From the NCBI GenBank assembly GCA_963663405.2, contig CAXXSM010000106.1, positions 1-64,000 on the forward strand: 64,000 nucleotides of DNA, in the 5' to 3' direction. Positions 43,495 through 54,759 of the stretch are shown in pieces. The notes beneath the pieces were generated by a model, which was not told the DNA's origin, did not search any database, and saw only the letters and a list, made by a program, of their open reading frames with translations. Source of the DNA: a bacterium. Its GTDB lineage: Bacteria; Hinthialibacterota; Hinthialibacteria; Hinthialibacterales; Hinthialibacteraceae. The translations under genes were made by a program, and so were the position numbers. Within the stretch, counting starts at the first letter, position 1. The number at the start of each line of letters is the position of its first letter.

Positions 43495-46400
43495 ATGATT
43501 AAATTATATATCCCTACCTTCATAGTAATTATTATACTAGTTAGTTTAGTAAACCATGCTTTGACAGAAGAGATGGAGACATCAATTTGGACATATGAAT
43601 TTTCAAATAGTGATCCGACATCAGATAATATTATTGTAACGGCGCCTGGAATTGAAATGGGTCAATTTCAATCCGGTATTTCAATCCCTAGCGATGGGGA
43701 AACATCTTTGACCGATGGAATAGGCGCACAGATTACCGTAACAAAAGATCAAGGCGTAATACTGTTCTTTCCAGCGCAAAATACAGATCCGTCAGGAGCG
43801 ATTGTGCGTCTATCCGTCTATGCGTCAGGTCCCGGCGCACAACTCGCATTAGCGGCAATGGATGCGGATCGAACGTTGGGATTACAGAGCATTGATGGTT
43901 CCATGGCCGCCAGAATCATATCAAACAGTGATAATCTTCAGAATAAATGGCATCAGTTATCCATTTTTCTTGATCCATATCAAAATGGCATAGTTCCAAT
44001 TGTTCAATTTTTATCTTCTGCGAATGATGATGTTTTTATATACATTGATAATCTTGAAATTATAAATCCTTCAAATAATGTAACAGATGAATTGTATGAT
44101 AAAGGGAATACGATATATAAAACCACGTCTATTCAAAAGCCTGGTGATATTACTTCTTCAAATTTTGATAGAGGACTTTCAGAAAATTGGAAATTAAATG
44201 AAGGTTCAACATTATATCAAAGTAAATATTCTGGCTTTATAAAAATGAATGGAACGTCTCAAGCAAATTGGGATGTGATATGCTCCGGTAATGTCAGACT
44301 TGATTTTCAATACGCATTTGATTCGGGCACAGCATCAGTCAAATTTAAAGAATCAATTACTTCGTTAGGAGTCACATCATACCTTTTACGTATTGAACCT
44401 AAAATGATTCAACTTTTTCATGAGAATGATGACAATTTCAGACTATTGAAATCCGCAGATATTAATTTAAGTACGAAGAATTGGCATGATATTAGTATTT
44501 GGATTGAAAATATACGTATTTTAGTCATCTTAAATGGTAAAATTATAATGGATGTAAAAGATGAAGATAGTGCCATTCAATCTGGTTCGATTTCATTTGA
44601 AACAAAGAACGCCGAGAACATATTAATAGATAATGTAACTCTCTATTCTATACCAGAGGATTATATTTCAAGATATTTTGATTCATTGCGTGATACAAAT
44701 ATGAACATATACGATAAATTGTATATTGAAGAACCATGGATTGTTGATATTGGTGAATTAATTAAAACATCTATAGTTCCTTTAAAAATCGTTACCCATA
44801 TTCGTAATGAAGTTAAATATCCAATTATTGATCCGGGTAACATTCCACCAAATTTTTCACATTCATGGATGGTGGATATAATGAATTTGAATTCATTTAA
44901 ATTGTATTTTTATCCTGATGAAATACAATTAGATTGGCAATCCGGGGATCGGTTAATCTTATTGGATGAGCGTAAAGATAACAGTTTAATTATAAATTCC
45001 TTAGAGGAATTAGAAAATTCTATTTTCACTGTAAGTAGTAATGATTTTAATATTCAAAAATCTATTTTAATTGATGAGAATGATGAGGTTCTTGAAACTG
45101 GACCATATGCGCGTTTTTATATGATATTAGAAACATCCGAAAAGAGAGTGGATAGAAGTCTAAAGATACGCGGATTATTGAATACGAATACAAATAAGGG
45201 ATATGAAGAAGCAATATTAGTTGGTGATGATTTGAATTATTTCGTGTCTTCATATCCTAATGATATTGATACAGAAGAAGACTTAACGAATTTGCAAACA
45301 TATGAATACTTTTTTGTAACATATGATCCTACAACTAATAAATACAAAAGAATTATACAGCCTTGGGATCCACAAAATGAACGACCTGCGCTTCCCGATA
45401 ATAATAAATTGAATGATACACCTCAATTCCCAAAATGCTTAAGTATTAACCCTCAACATGATGACGGTTGGTATCTATTAGGAAAAACCATTTACAATGA
45501 TCCAGAAGAGGAAGACGCGTCTTCTCTGATTTATAGCATTGCATATTATAACGAACAAACAAGTAAACTCAGAGTCTATTTATTCAATAGATCATATTAC
45601 CAGGATTTAAATCAAAATGGTATTTTAGTATACTTATCATTACTTGGACATACAGACGATGGGGAATCCTCTTCATTTGATAGTACATCCTCGAGTTCTA
45701 ATACAATACTTACAAATTTGAAAGGCGCATTTTTTAATTTCGATCCACGGCCAACCAATTGGAATCATGTCAAAATATATTTACCTTATTTTCCCTCTGG
45801 AAAATGGGTATTTGTAGAAGTCCCGGTTTTCTATCCAATGGCAAAAAATTATCCTATTGATTTGTCCAAATCAGAAAACATAAATATATTGAAATCTGAT
45901 CCTCTGTATGCGTCAAACATAACCGATACGACTTCATTTTATCAACCGATATATGAAAATAAATACATTGATAGCATAAAAGAAGCGAAGAGAAATGTTT
46001 TATTGCGCGTAATCGTTCAAGGATATAGAAAAACTGATATAAACGCTACATTTGAGGCTTGGGGGCAAGCAATTGACATGGCGGCTGGTGGAACCAGTCT
46101 ATTCAAAACTGCAACGGAAATCGCTCAAGACACCCTATCCTATTTTAAATCAGGAGCAAACGCCTGGGAGTATGCGCATAATTACGAAAAACGAAAAGAG
46201 GATTTTGGTGATACGATCGCTGGATTTATGTTTGACTGTACGAAACTGCCGAAAAGCATCTGGGGCGCAGGAATTTCTATCGTTGGTTTGGGTTTAAATA
46301 TATACGATAAGATTTTTGGATATTCAAACACTCCATTGGCATTAGAAATATCCCTTAATGGGAACATTCAGGGAAGTGGTGTAGAAAAACTTGGATATTT

Positions 46401-47857
46401 GGAACATCGGTATTACCTACCAGGACGTTTTTCAATCATTGACGCAATTTTCGGGGAAGGTTGGAAGTTTAATTCTTATGAACGAGAAAGAAATGAACGA
46501 TATTTTTCTTTTTATGATCGAACCATAGGTCATTTTGGATATCGTTACGATCCTTCTTCGATCCATATGAATGTATTGCGATATGATTATAAGGGGGATC
46601 CAGGAGTCATATCTATATTTGATTCAGGGATGTGGAAGGAAGAAATAACTGATATTTTAATACCTGCAAATGAAAATATTTCAGATAATATTACTACAGA
46701 TGAGTTACAAATAAACGCCATGCCGCCGAAAATAGAAAAATTATTACCTGTCATTTACAATCAATATACGGATATTATTCCTATGATACCAACAGAATAC
46801 AAAAAAGTGAATGCAATTCCTGCTGACTTAACAACCGCATACGAATCTTGGAAAAACGAAAAAGAATTAATTAATTATAATACAATCTATGACACAAAAG
46901 TATATGATAGTTTTTTAGAAATGTTACATATATATGGATTGTTTAAAAGCAAATGAAAGAAATCAAGATTTTTATGTTTTGGAAAAATTATGGATGGATT
47001 GGAAAACCGAGATACATAAAATGTGGCAAGAACAATATGGAGGAAATATGGTACAGACTTTACCAACATTAGATACAATTCATGAATATATTTCAATTAT
47101 ACATTATTTAGACAATAATCAATATTTATTCATACCTACTGTGGATTTGCCGGATAAAACATATAATAAAATGTGGTATCAATATAAATATATGAATGGT
47201 ATATCACGTCACTTAATTGAATACCCACCTTTTCGATCTTATCAATGGAAACATGAATGTTCATTTGAAAAACATATTGTTTCAAAAGAGATTGGAACTG
47301 TATTTAATGATTATCCTTTTTGGGATAATGCAACGAGTATCTACTTGAAAGTATTTGTGGATATAGCTGACGATAATCAAAAAAAATCACAATTAAAAGA
47401 AGTAATGGAATCGTTATATCCTCAAGATTATGATTCGATGTTTGAAAGAGAAGGAATATGGTTTGATGTGGAGCCAAAATATGTTCCACAAACGCTGGAA
47501 AATTGGGAAGAAGTAGATAATATCGATCTACATACATGGCAGCATTATAGATTTACGCAAGGGGCGGAATTTTGGGGACATTCATTCACATTAGATGATC
47601 TTCCAGATAATCCATTTCCAATCACAGATATCATATACTGCTGGGATGTCCCATATTACTATTATGGATTAACACGTCCTAAAATTAAAGGTAAGACTCC
47701 TGTATATTTTTATGTTACTACAATGAAATCTCCAATTACAATCAATGTCTCAAGAATCGTAATTGATGGCAAAAATATGAATTTAAGATTTACAGACAGA
47801 GCAATGAAAAGTAAAATATTGTGGGAACAAGAAGATGAATTAATATGGAAAAATTAA
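43495..47857 (+). CDS. Very large secreted protein, low GC (probably one gene frameshifted at ~46950)
   Basis: AAGGAG RBS, signal peptide; N-terminal ~180 aa similar to the 37511 protein; ConA-like segment (WHDISI..RILVILNG). The 1153 aa and 307 aa ORFs overlap. Confidence 0.65.
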
Positions 47858-48206
47858 TATTATATAAAGTAAATCAGAAGAAGACTTTGTATTTCTACCA
47901 GGATATACAAAAATACGCAATACTGAATAAAAATTGATCGAGATATATTTGAAATTAATACCTTAAGTTCATATTCTATAAGAATTTGATCGCAATTCGA
48001 GTTTATTAACCTTGTATGATAACACAAAAGCACTTAAGGTACTGAATCCATAATTCCACCACTATCTCCTTCTTTATCGAAGCGCCTATAGTTTTTCACC
48101 ACAGGAAACGTTTAACCTAATAGTCTTTTGTATCTCGATGTTTTAATGTTGAACACTGGGATTTGAGGAATTTTTGAGGATTACGTAAATATCGGAAAAT
48201 CAAGTA

Positions 48207-48279
48207 TGGAGCTGAGGAGGATCGAACTCCTGACCTTTTGACTGCCAGTCAAACGCTCTCCCAGCTGAGCTACAGCCCC
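48207..48279 (-). tRNA. tRNA-Ala(GGC)
   Basis: GGGGCTGTAGCTCAGCTGGGAGAGCG...TTTGA-CTGGCAG-TCAAA...GTTCGATCC...AGCTCCA cloverleaf with G3:U70. Confidence 0.96.
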
Positions 48280-48660
48280 ATTTGGTCAATAAAACGATAC
48301 CTCTCTTTCCTTTAAAATCAACCCTTTCTCAATGAAAATTTTCATCCTTGTTTGAAAAAACTTTGTGGAAGGAATCGTTATGATATTTTGAGGATTTTTT
48401 TTCTCTCCAGTCTAATAGACTTATTTTGAAGGCATGGGCGGTTCCTTCCGTTCATACTTTCTCTTATTTCCCTTGATATCGATAGCGCGGGTTGTATAAA
48501 TACGGTAAACCTGGGATAATAACGGCGTGCGCTCACGGCCAGTGTGAATCCGTAAACTTGAGGATCCGCGCAGGTGTTTTCATCATGTTGAAAACACGTT
48601 CATTATCGTGATTGTCACATCCTTTTCTCACAGCCATACTATTCTTTAAGGAGCAAACGG

Positions 48661-49476
48661 ATGCATATTGTCGTTTGTGTTAAAATGGTGCCGGATACGA
48701 CCTTGGTTCAGATCGATCCGGAGACCAATACGCTCATCCGGGAAGGGGTTCCTTTCATCACCAATCCCTTTGACATTCATGCGGTTGAAGAGGCGCTCCG
48801 GTTAAAAGACGAACATGGCGCGTACGTGACCGTGATTTCTATGGGGCCTCCCACGGCGGAAAAAGTACTGCGCCGCGCCCTCTCGGTCGGCGCTGACGCT
48901 GCATTGCTTTTAAGTGACCGCGCTTTCGGGGGCGCAGACACCTTGGCGACGAGTAAGGTTCTCGCTGAGGCGATTAAACGTTTGGATCAAGACAATCCTG
49001 TTTCATTAGTGTTCTGTGGTATGCAGACCATCGATGGGGATACGGCGCAGGTTGGCCCTGGTATCGCTTGCCGGTTGAATTTATCTCAGTTAACGCTTGT
49101 CGACCGGATCTTAGATATCAATGAATCGAAAAAAACGTTGAAGGTCCGCCGGAAACTGGAAAAATACCGTGAAATTGTGGAAGTTTCTCTTCCTGCCCTG
49201 ATTACAGTCGTCCGGGAAATTAACACACCCCGCTATCCAACAGTGCCAGGACGGTTGATCTCCGAGGCGGCCCAACTTCCCACTTGGTCCAATGCGAACT
49301 TAAAACTGCCTCCCAAGTCGATCGGCTTGCAGGGATCTCCGACCGCTGTCCGCCGTATTTTTGCGCCGGAACGTGAGAAAGGCGAGATCTTCGAGGGATT
49401 TGGCGAGGCGAAGCAGGAAGCCATCGATCTGATCGAAAAGAAGTTATATGAATGGGATGTGATAACGAAGGAATAA
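48661..49476 (+). CDS. etfB: Electron transfer flavoprotein beta subunit
   Basis: IVVCVKMVPDT, NPFD..AVEEAL, GGADTLATS, QTIDGDTAQVG, GLQGSPT. Confidence 0.96.
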   Translation: MHIVVCVKMVPDTTLVQIDPETNTLIREGVPFITNPFDIHAVEEALRLKDEHGAYVTVISMGPPTAEKVLRRALSVGADAALLLSDRAFGGADTLATSKVLAEAIKRLDQDNPVSLVFCGMQTIDGDTAQVGPGIACRLNLSQLTLVDRILDINESKKTLKVRRKLEKYREIVEVSLPALITVVREINTPRYPTVPGRLISEAAQLPTWSNANLKLPPKSIGLQGSPTAVRRIFAPEREKGEIFEGFGEAKQEAIDLIEKKLYEWDVITKE

Positions 49477-49503
49477 TTCACGGATCCTTCATGAGAGACT
49501 ATT

Positions 49504-50838
49504 ATGGCCGATAACAAACCAGATACACCAAAAAAACCAAAACGCCCATTAGGGAAAGTCCGGTATCTTGAAGGCAAATGTATCGCCTGTGGTGACGCCT
49601 GTCAGGCCGCTTGTCCGTTCGATGCGATTGAAATGAACGATCTTGGTGAGCCGATCATTGTCCTGGAAAAATGCACGGGATGCCGGAAATGTATAAAAGT
49701 CTGTCCCAGCCAAGCGATTGAGGTATTCTACACGCCGGATGAACAAAAAATACTCGACGAGTATTACCGGCCTGTGGATAAGAAAAAGATCGCGGCGACA
49801 AAGGGAATCTCGGAGTGGAAAGGCGTCTGGGTTTTTGTCGAACAGGTTGACGGCAAGGCGCATACTGTTTCGTGGGAACTTCTCGGTGTGGGCCGGAAAT
49901 TGGCGGCGGATCTCGGTGTAGAGTTAGCCGCGTTTATCCTTGGCTCGAAGGTGCAGCATTTAATCGAAGAAGCCTTTGGCTACGGCGCGGATAAAGTCTA
50001 TATCATCGATGATGCGATCTTGAAAGACTACCGCACACCCCCATACCTTCATGCCAGCGTTCAGCTCATTAAAAAATATAAACCCGAAATTGTCTTAATG
50101 GGAGCGACTGGATTAGGACGCGATTTGGCGGGCGCGGTCGCCACGAAATTGAGAACCGGTTTGACCGCCGATTGCACCGGTCTGACCATCAGCATGGATG
50201 ACCGTCTTCTCGAACAGACCCGGCCCGCGTTCGGAGGCAACATCATGGCCACGATTCTGAGCGAAACCGCCCGGCCTCAGATGGCGTCCGTCCGGCCCCA
50301 CGTTATGCCGAAACCCGAATTTCAGACCGGCAAAAAAGGGGAAATCGTTACCGATACGATTGAAATGCTCGAAGAAACAATCCTGACAAAGATCCTCGAG
50401 ATCATTCCTATCGAAATGGATCAAACCGTCGATCTTCCTTCGGCGCGGATCATTGTCAGTGGTGGCCGTGGGATGATGGCTCCGGAGAATTTCTATTTGG
50501 TGAAGGACTTGGCAAAAGTTTTAGGCGGAGCGGTTGGCTGCTCGCGTGGCGCGGTTGACGCCGGTTGGATGCCCCAAGTTCATCAAGTAGGGCAGACGGG
50601 TAAGACCGTGAAACCGAAACTCTATTTCGCCTGCGGTATTTCCGGGGCGATTCAACACCTTGTCGGGATGCAGACGTCGGATTATATCATCGCGGTGAAC
50701 AAAGATAAAAACGCCCCGATCTTCGATGTCGCTCATTTAGGTATTGTCGGTGATGTGTTCGAGATTCTGCCTCCCCTAATCGAACAACTGCGCGCGAACA
50801 ATCCCCAGTTAGGACAGGAATCGGCGAAAGCCGTCTAG
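49504..50838 (+). CDS. etfA: Electron transfer flavoprotein alpha subunit with N-terminal 2x[4Fe-4S] domain
   Basis: Two CxxCxxCxxxCP motifs; TGLTADCT, RPAFGG, VSGGRG, QVGQTGKTV, GISGAIQH. Confidence 0.96.
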   Translation: MADNKPDTPKKPKRPLGKVRYLEGKCIACGDACQAACPFDAIEMNDLGEPIIVLEKCTGCRKCIKVCPSQAIEVFYTPDEQKILDEYYRPVDKKKIAATKGISEWKGVWVFVEQVDGKAHTVSWELLGVGRKLAADLGVELAAFILGSKVQHLIEEAFGYGADKVYIIDDAILKDYRTPPYLHASVQLIKKYKPEIVLMGATGLGRDLAGAVATKLRTGLTADCTGLTISMDDRLLEQTRPAFGGNIMATILSETARPQMASVRPHVMPKPEFQTGKKGEIVTDTIEMLEETILTKILEIIPIEMDQTVDLPSARIIVSGGRGMMAPENFYLVKDLAKVLGGAVGCSRGAVDAGWMPQVHQVGQTGKTVKPKLYFACGISGAIQHLVGMQTSDYIIAVNKDKNAPIFDVAHLGIVGDVFEILPPLIEQLRANNPQLGQESAKAV

Positions 50839-50873
50839 CCGTATCCCATTACTAATTTTTATGGAGTCATAAA

Positions 50874-52877
50874 ATGACCTTGGGTAGAATCGTCTTTTTC
50901 ATTCTTTTCGCTATCTCAATCGCTCTATTTTTAGGCAATTTATACCGCCTTTTCGCGTTACTCTGTTTGGGCCGGTGGGAAAACCGTTTTGACCGCTTGG
51001 CGATCCGGTTGAAAAATATGCTGGTCTATGCGTTTGGGCAGTTGCGAGTGATCCGCACCAAATATGGCTTCAACCATTTCATCATTTTCTGGGGATTTAT
51101 CAGTATGTTGGCCCTCAATTCAGAATTCCTGATTGCGGGCTTGTTTCCAGATTTTTCGTTTGAGTTTCTTGGGTCGATCCCCTATGGGCTTTTGCTGTTC
51201 GTGACGGATATCATGTCTTTAATCGTGATCGTAGCCGTGGCTGTCGCCGTGATCCGGCGTTGCTTTTTCCGTCCCGCCCATATTGAATTCAACTTGGACG
51301 CGTTTGCGATTCTCTCGATGATCGCCATTCTGATGATCGCTTACTTCGGCTATCACGCGGGTGAAATACATCTGGAAGAGACAGACTACGCCGCCTGGAT
51401 GCCGATCTCGAGTCTCTTCGCAGGTGGCTTTGCTTCCTACACGGAAGAAGGGGCCAGTGCCCTGACCGCTTTCTATTGGTGGATTCACGCGGGTGTTCTT
51501 CTGGCCTTCTTAAATTATCTGCCCTATAGCAAACATCTTCATGTTATTACCGCGATCCCCAATTGCTTCTTCCGCCGTTTCGATTTCCCCCAAACCGTCC
51601 CTCCGGTCGAGTTTAAAATGGGGAACAACTTCGGAAATTCAAAGGTGACGCAGTTTACTTGGAAAGATTTACTGGACTTTATGTCCTGTACCGAATGTGG
51701 ACGCTGCGAAGCCGCATGCCCTGCTCATAACACCGGGAAACCGCTCAATCCAAAAGAGATCGTTCACATCGGAAAACTGAATTTGTTCTCAAATGGACGG
51801 CAGATTCTCTCCAAACGTCCCTGTGATACGTTAGCCGGTCCTCCAGAGGATATCGAATTGGATACACCTCTCATCGGTGAAGGTGAAAAGAGTGTGACCG
51901 TACAAGCCCTTTGGGATTGCACTACCTGCGGAGCCTGTATGCAGGAATGCCCCGTTTTCATCGAGCATGTGCCCAAAATCGTTGAAATGCGGCGCCATCT
52001 CGTCATGGAGAAATCTGAATTTCCCGAAGAACTATTAAGTTTCTTTGAAAACTCTGAACAGCGGTTCAATCCTTGGGGCATTGCGCCTACCGATCGCTCC
52101 AAATGGACGGCCGATCTTGATGTTAATATCATCGAAGAAGGCAAACCGGTGGAATACCTCTATTTTGTCGGTTGTTCAGGCGCGTTTGATTCCCGTACTC
52201 GCGAAGTGGTGACCGCGATCACGAAAATCTTCAATGCCGCTGGATTATCCTGGGGGATTTTAGGTACGGAAGAACGATGCTGTGGCGATTCTCTCCGGAG
52301 ACTGGGGAACGAATACGTCTTTGAGAATATCGCCCGTGATAATATCGAACGCTTCCGCCGGTTCGGCGTTACGAAAATTATCACGCACTGTCCGCATGGA
52401 TTCAGCACCCTGAAGAATGACTATTCCCAATTTGGAGCGGATTTCGAAGTAATCCATCACTCGCAGATGATCGACCGCCTAATTCAAGAAGGGAAAATAA
52501 AACTAACGAAGACGATTCAAGATTCAACGGTCATCCACGATTCCTGTTATTTGGGCCGATATAACGATATTTATGAAGAACCCCGGAACGTCGTCACCGC
52601 GGCTTTGGGTGGAGAAGCGCCAATTGAAATGAAACGATCCAGACAGAGCAGTTTCTGTTGTGGCGCTGGCGGGGGCGGTATGTGGGTGGAAGAATCCGGC
52701 GACAAGCGGATCTACGCGGAACGCACGAAAGAAGCGATCGCGACTAACGCCTCGACAATCGCCGTCGCCTGTCCTTTCTGCATGACCATGTTTGAAGATG
52801 GCGTCAAAGAAGAAAACAAAGAACAGGATGTGCGAGTCAAAGATATCGCCGAACTCGTCGCGGAAGCGATGGAGTAA
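50874..52877 (+). CDS. Membrane Fe-S oxidoreductase (FadF/HdrD-like, probable ETF:menaquinone oxidoreductase)
   Basis: N-terminal TMs with YSKHLH; CTECGRCEAACP, CTTCGACMQECP; two CCG domains; follows etfBA. Confidence 0.9.
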   Translation: MTLGRIVFFILFAISIALFLGNLYRLFALLCLGRWENRFDRLAIRLKNMLVYAFGQLRVIRTKYGFNHFIIFWGFISMLALNSEFLIAGLFPDFSFEFLGSIPYGLLLFVTDIMSLIVIVAVAVAVIRRCFFRPAHIEFNLDAFAILSMIAILMIAYFGYHAGEIHLEETDYAAWMPISSLFAGGFASYTEEGASALTAFYWWIHAGVLLAFLNYLPYSKHLHVITAIPNCFFRRFDFPQTVPPVEFKMGNNFGNSKVTQFTWKDLLDFMSCTECGRCEAACPAHNTGKPLNPKEIVHIGKLNLFSNGRQILSKRPCDTLAGPPEDIELDTPLIGEGEKSVTVQALWDCTTCGACMQECPVFIEHVPKIVEMRRHLVMEKSEFPEELLSFFENSEQRFNPWGIAPTDRSKWTADLDVNIIEEGKPVEYLYFVGCSGAFDSRTREVVTAITKIFNAAGLSWGILGTEERCCGDSLRRLGNEYVFENIARDNIERFRRFGVTKIITHCPHGFSTLKNDYSQFGADFEVIHHSQMIDRLIQEGKIKLTKTIQDSTVIHDSCYLGRYNDIYEEPRNVVTAALGGEAPIEMKRSRQSSFCCGAGGGGMWVEESGDKRIYAERTKEAIATNASTIAVACPFCMTMFEDGVKEENKEQDVRVKDIAELVAEAME

Positions 52878-52989
52878 TAATGGAGCGCGGGCGACCCGCT
52901 CGTAAAAAACAACGGATCAAATCAAAGATATTTGATACCGAAAACTTGATCTTTCTAAAAAACAAATTATAATTTTTCTTCTCTGCAAA

Positions 52990-53075
52990 GCCGGAGTGGC
53001 GGAATGGCAGACGCGCTAGGTTCAGGACCTAGTGTCCTCCGGGACGTGGGGGTTCAAGTCCCCCCTCCGGCACCA
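52990..53075 (+). tRNA. tRNA-Leu(CAG)
   Basis: GCCGGAGTGGCGGAATGGCAGACGCG, CTAGG-TTCAGGA-CCTAG, long variable arm, GGTTCAAGTCC, encoded CCA. Confidence 0.96.
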
Positions 53076-53293
53076 CTTGATTTTACTTCACTTACGATTC
53101 AATCTCCAATATCTAAATCAACTCTGTTTTACCCCCTTGGTTACATATTTGGTTACATTACTTTTTTCAATCTATCCATTGACGATAGTTCAAATAGTTT
53201 ACTATCGTTCACACAATTATCAATAAATTTTAAGCGATACGAAGATATGAACCGGTAATAATTTCCCGAAAAAAAGACCCTAGCACTATGTCG

Positions 53294-53395
53294 CGCCCTC
53301 TCCTGGGCTTCTGTTTTCCGGGGGTACCCCCCTCGCATCGAGGGACCCAGGCTTCATTAGTAATCCCACGAAATAAACCAGCCCAGGAGAGGGCG
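53294..53395. repeat. GC-rich 16-bp perfect inverted repeat enclosing internal hairpins
   Basis: CGCCCTCTCCTGGGCT (53294-53309) / AGCCCAGGAGAGGGCG (53380-53395). Confidence 0.8.
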
Positions 53396-53592
53396 TCAGG
53401 CTCTACGTTCTTTCAGTTCTTTTAGGGCTTGAGGTTAGTATCTCAAAAGGGCATAGTCGTCAGTTATTTTTCCTCTCTCAATTTTTCCTATTTCTGATTG
53501 TTTTCCACTATTTGCTAAAAAACTCTTTTCATTACTTGCGAATGACGTTAAAATTATTGTAATAGTAATCTTTTCAACAATAGGAGGGTTTT

Positions 53593-54759
53593 ATGTACCA
53601 ACGAAGTCATAAACAATTTTCCCGTCAGGCGTTCTTCCGTAAAACCGATCCTCACCTTCTTTGCCGGTTTTTTCATGAAAAATATAATGTCGATCCGGAT
53701 TTGAACGAGATTCCAGAAGAAAATCGTGAAGACCATTTCAACAAAATATTAGATACTCTGGACGAGAATCCCCGTACGGAAGCGATTGAGGATTTAAGCA
53801 CTATTAATGATATGACGCATGACCGGGCGCGCGCTCTATTGCAACAGGAGGCGATCTTGGATCAAATTGACGGTATCGAAGGACTCCCATCGCACGATAC
53901 CGCGATGACGATGTTTCTTGATTATCCAGAACTTTTTGACAAAGCCCTAGCAATATTTACAATCGAAGAATTGACTAATTGGCGTCAATACCAATCCAGG
54001 GAGAAAGCGCCTGTCCCAAGAATCGATCATTCTAAAATACATTTGATCGAGAAAGGCCTATCCGATTATTTCAAAAATTATGGAATGGGAGATCATTGTT
54101 ACGTTCAACATTACGGAGATTCGGAACGGCATGTATTTGAGTTTTCTTTTGAGAATTTCCCAAGAGCGGAAGACGAATTCGATAAAGGGATACTCATCCG
54201 CAAGGTACGGCGTCCTGTTGTCCATTCAGTAGCGATTCTTTATCCGGAGTATCGGACGATCCGGATTAAAGCAACCCGGATAAATTGGATTGAGGAAATC
54301 CGGAATCAAGTTGGATATTCCCTGTATCAAGACGCCGATTTCTTTGATGTTGAAGATGATAAAATCATTGATTTATCCTCCTTCAGAAAGAGACCTCAGT
54401 TTATCACCGATCCATTTGATGAAATCCAATTTGTCCACCTTGTCAGTTTGAAAATCCGATCACATTTTAATGGGGGGATAATTACTACGATTGACGCGCA
54501 GGATACGGATTCAATCTACGAAACCGTAATTGGTGAATTCGGTATTGATCTGAATAACTGTGAAATCATTGGAATTAAAATCCGATTCAAGTTTCCAGGG
54601 AAGGGAAACGCCGGTCAACGCACGATTGAAATGAATGTTCCGAATCGATGTAATCTGTGTGATACGCAGAATGATCGAATCATTGATAGATACCTTCGGA
54701 AATGGAAGATAATGGGCGGCAATGAATCTCTGGAAACTCCTGTTTCAATCGCTGGGTAA
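53593..54759 (+). CDS. Hypothetical protein (genomic-island type)
   Basis: 388 aa, AGGAGG RBS, C-terminal PNRCNL...YLRKW; no function assignable. Confidence 0.75.
   Translation: MYQRSHKQFSRQAFFRKTDPHLLCRFFHEKYNVDPDLNEIPEENREDHFNKILDTLDENPRTEAIEDLSTINDMTHDRARALLQQEAILDQIDGIEGLPSHDTAMTMFLDYPELFDKALAIFTIEELTNWRQYQSREKAPVPRIDHSKIHLIEKGLSDYFKNYGMGDHCYVQHYGDSERHVFEFSFENFPRAEDEFDKGILIRKVRRPVVHSVAILYPEYRTIRIKATRINWIEEIRNQVGYSLYQDADFFDVEDDKIIDLSSFRKRPQFITDPFDEIQFVHLVSLKIRSHFNGGIITTIDAQDTDSIYETVIGEFGIDLNNCEIIGIKIRFKFPGKGNAGQRTIEMNVPNRCNLCDTQNDRIIDRYLRKWKIMGGNESLETPVSIAG

Noticed and set aside
48661-52877. etfB-etfA-Fe-S oxidoreductase as a novel system
   Set aside because: Well-known arrangement in anaerobes.
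53004-53258. ORFs overlapping tRNA-Leu (MADALGSGPS...)
   Set aside because: Spurious translation of the tRNA.
53315-53365. Hammerhead-like CUAAUGA...GAAA on the minus strand
   Set aside because: The core deviates from CUGANGA, and stem II does not close next to the core.
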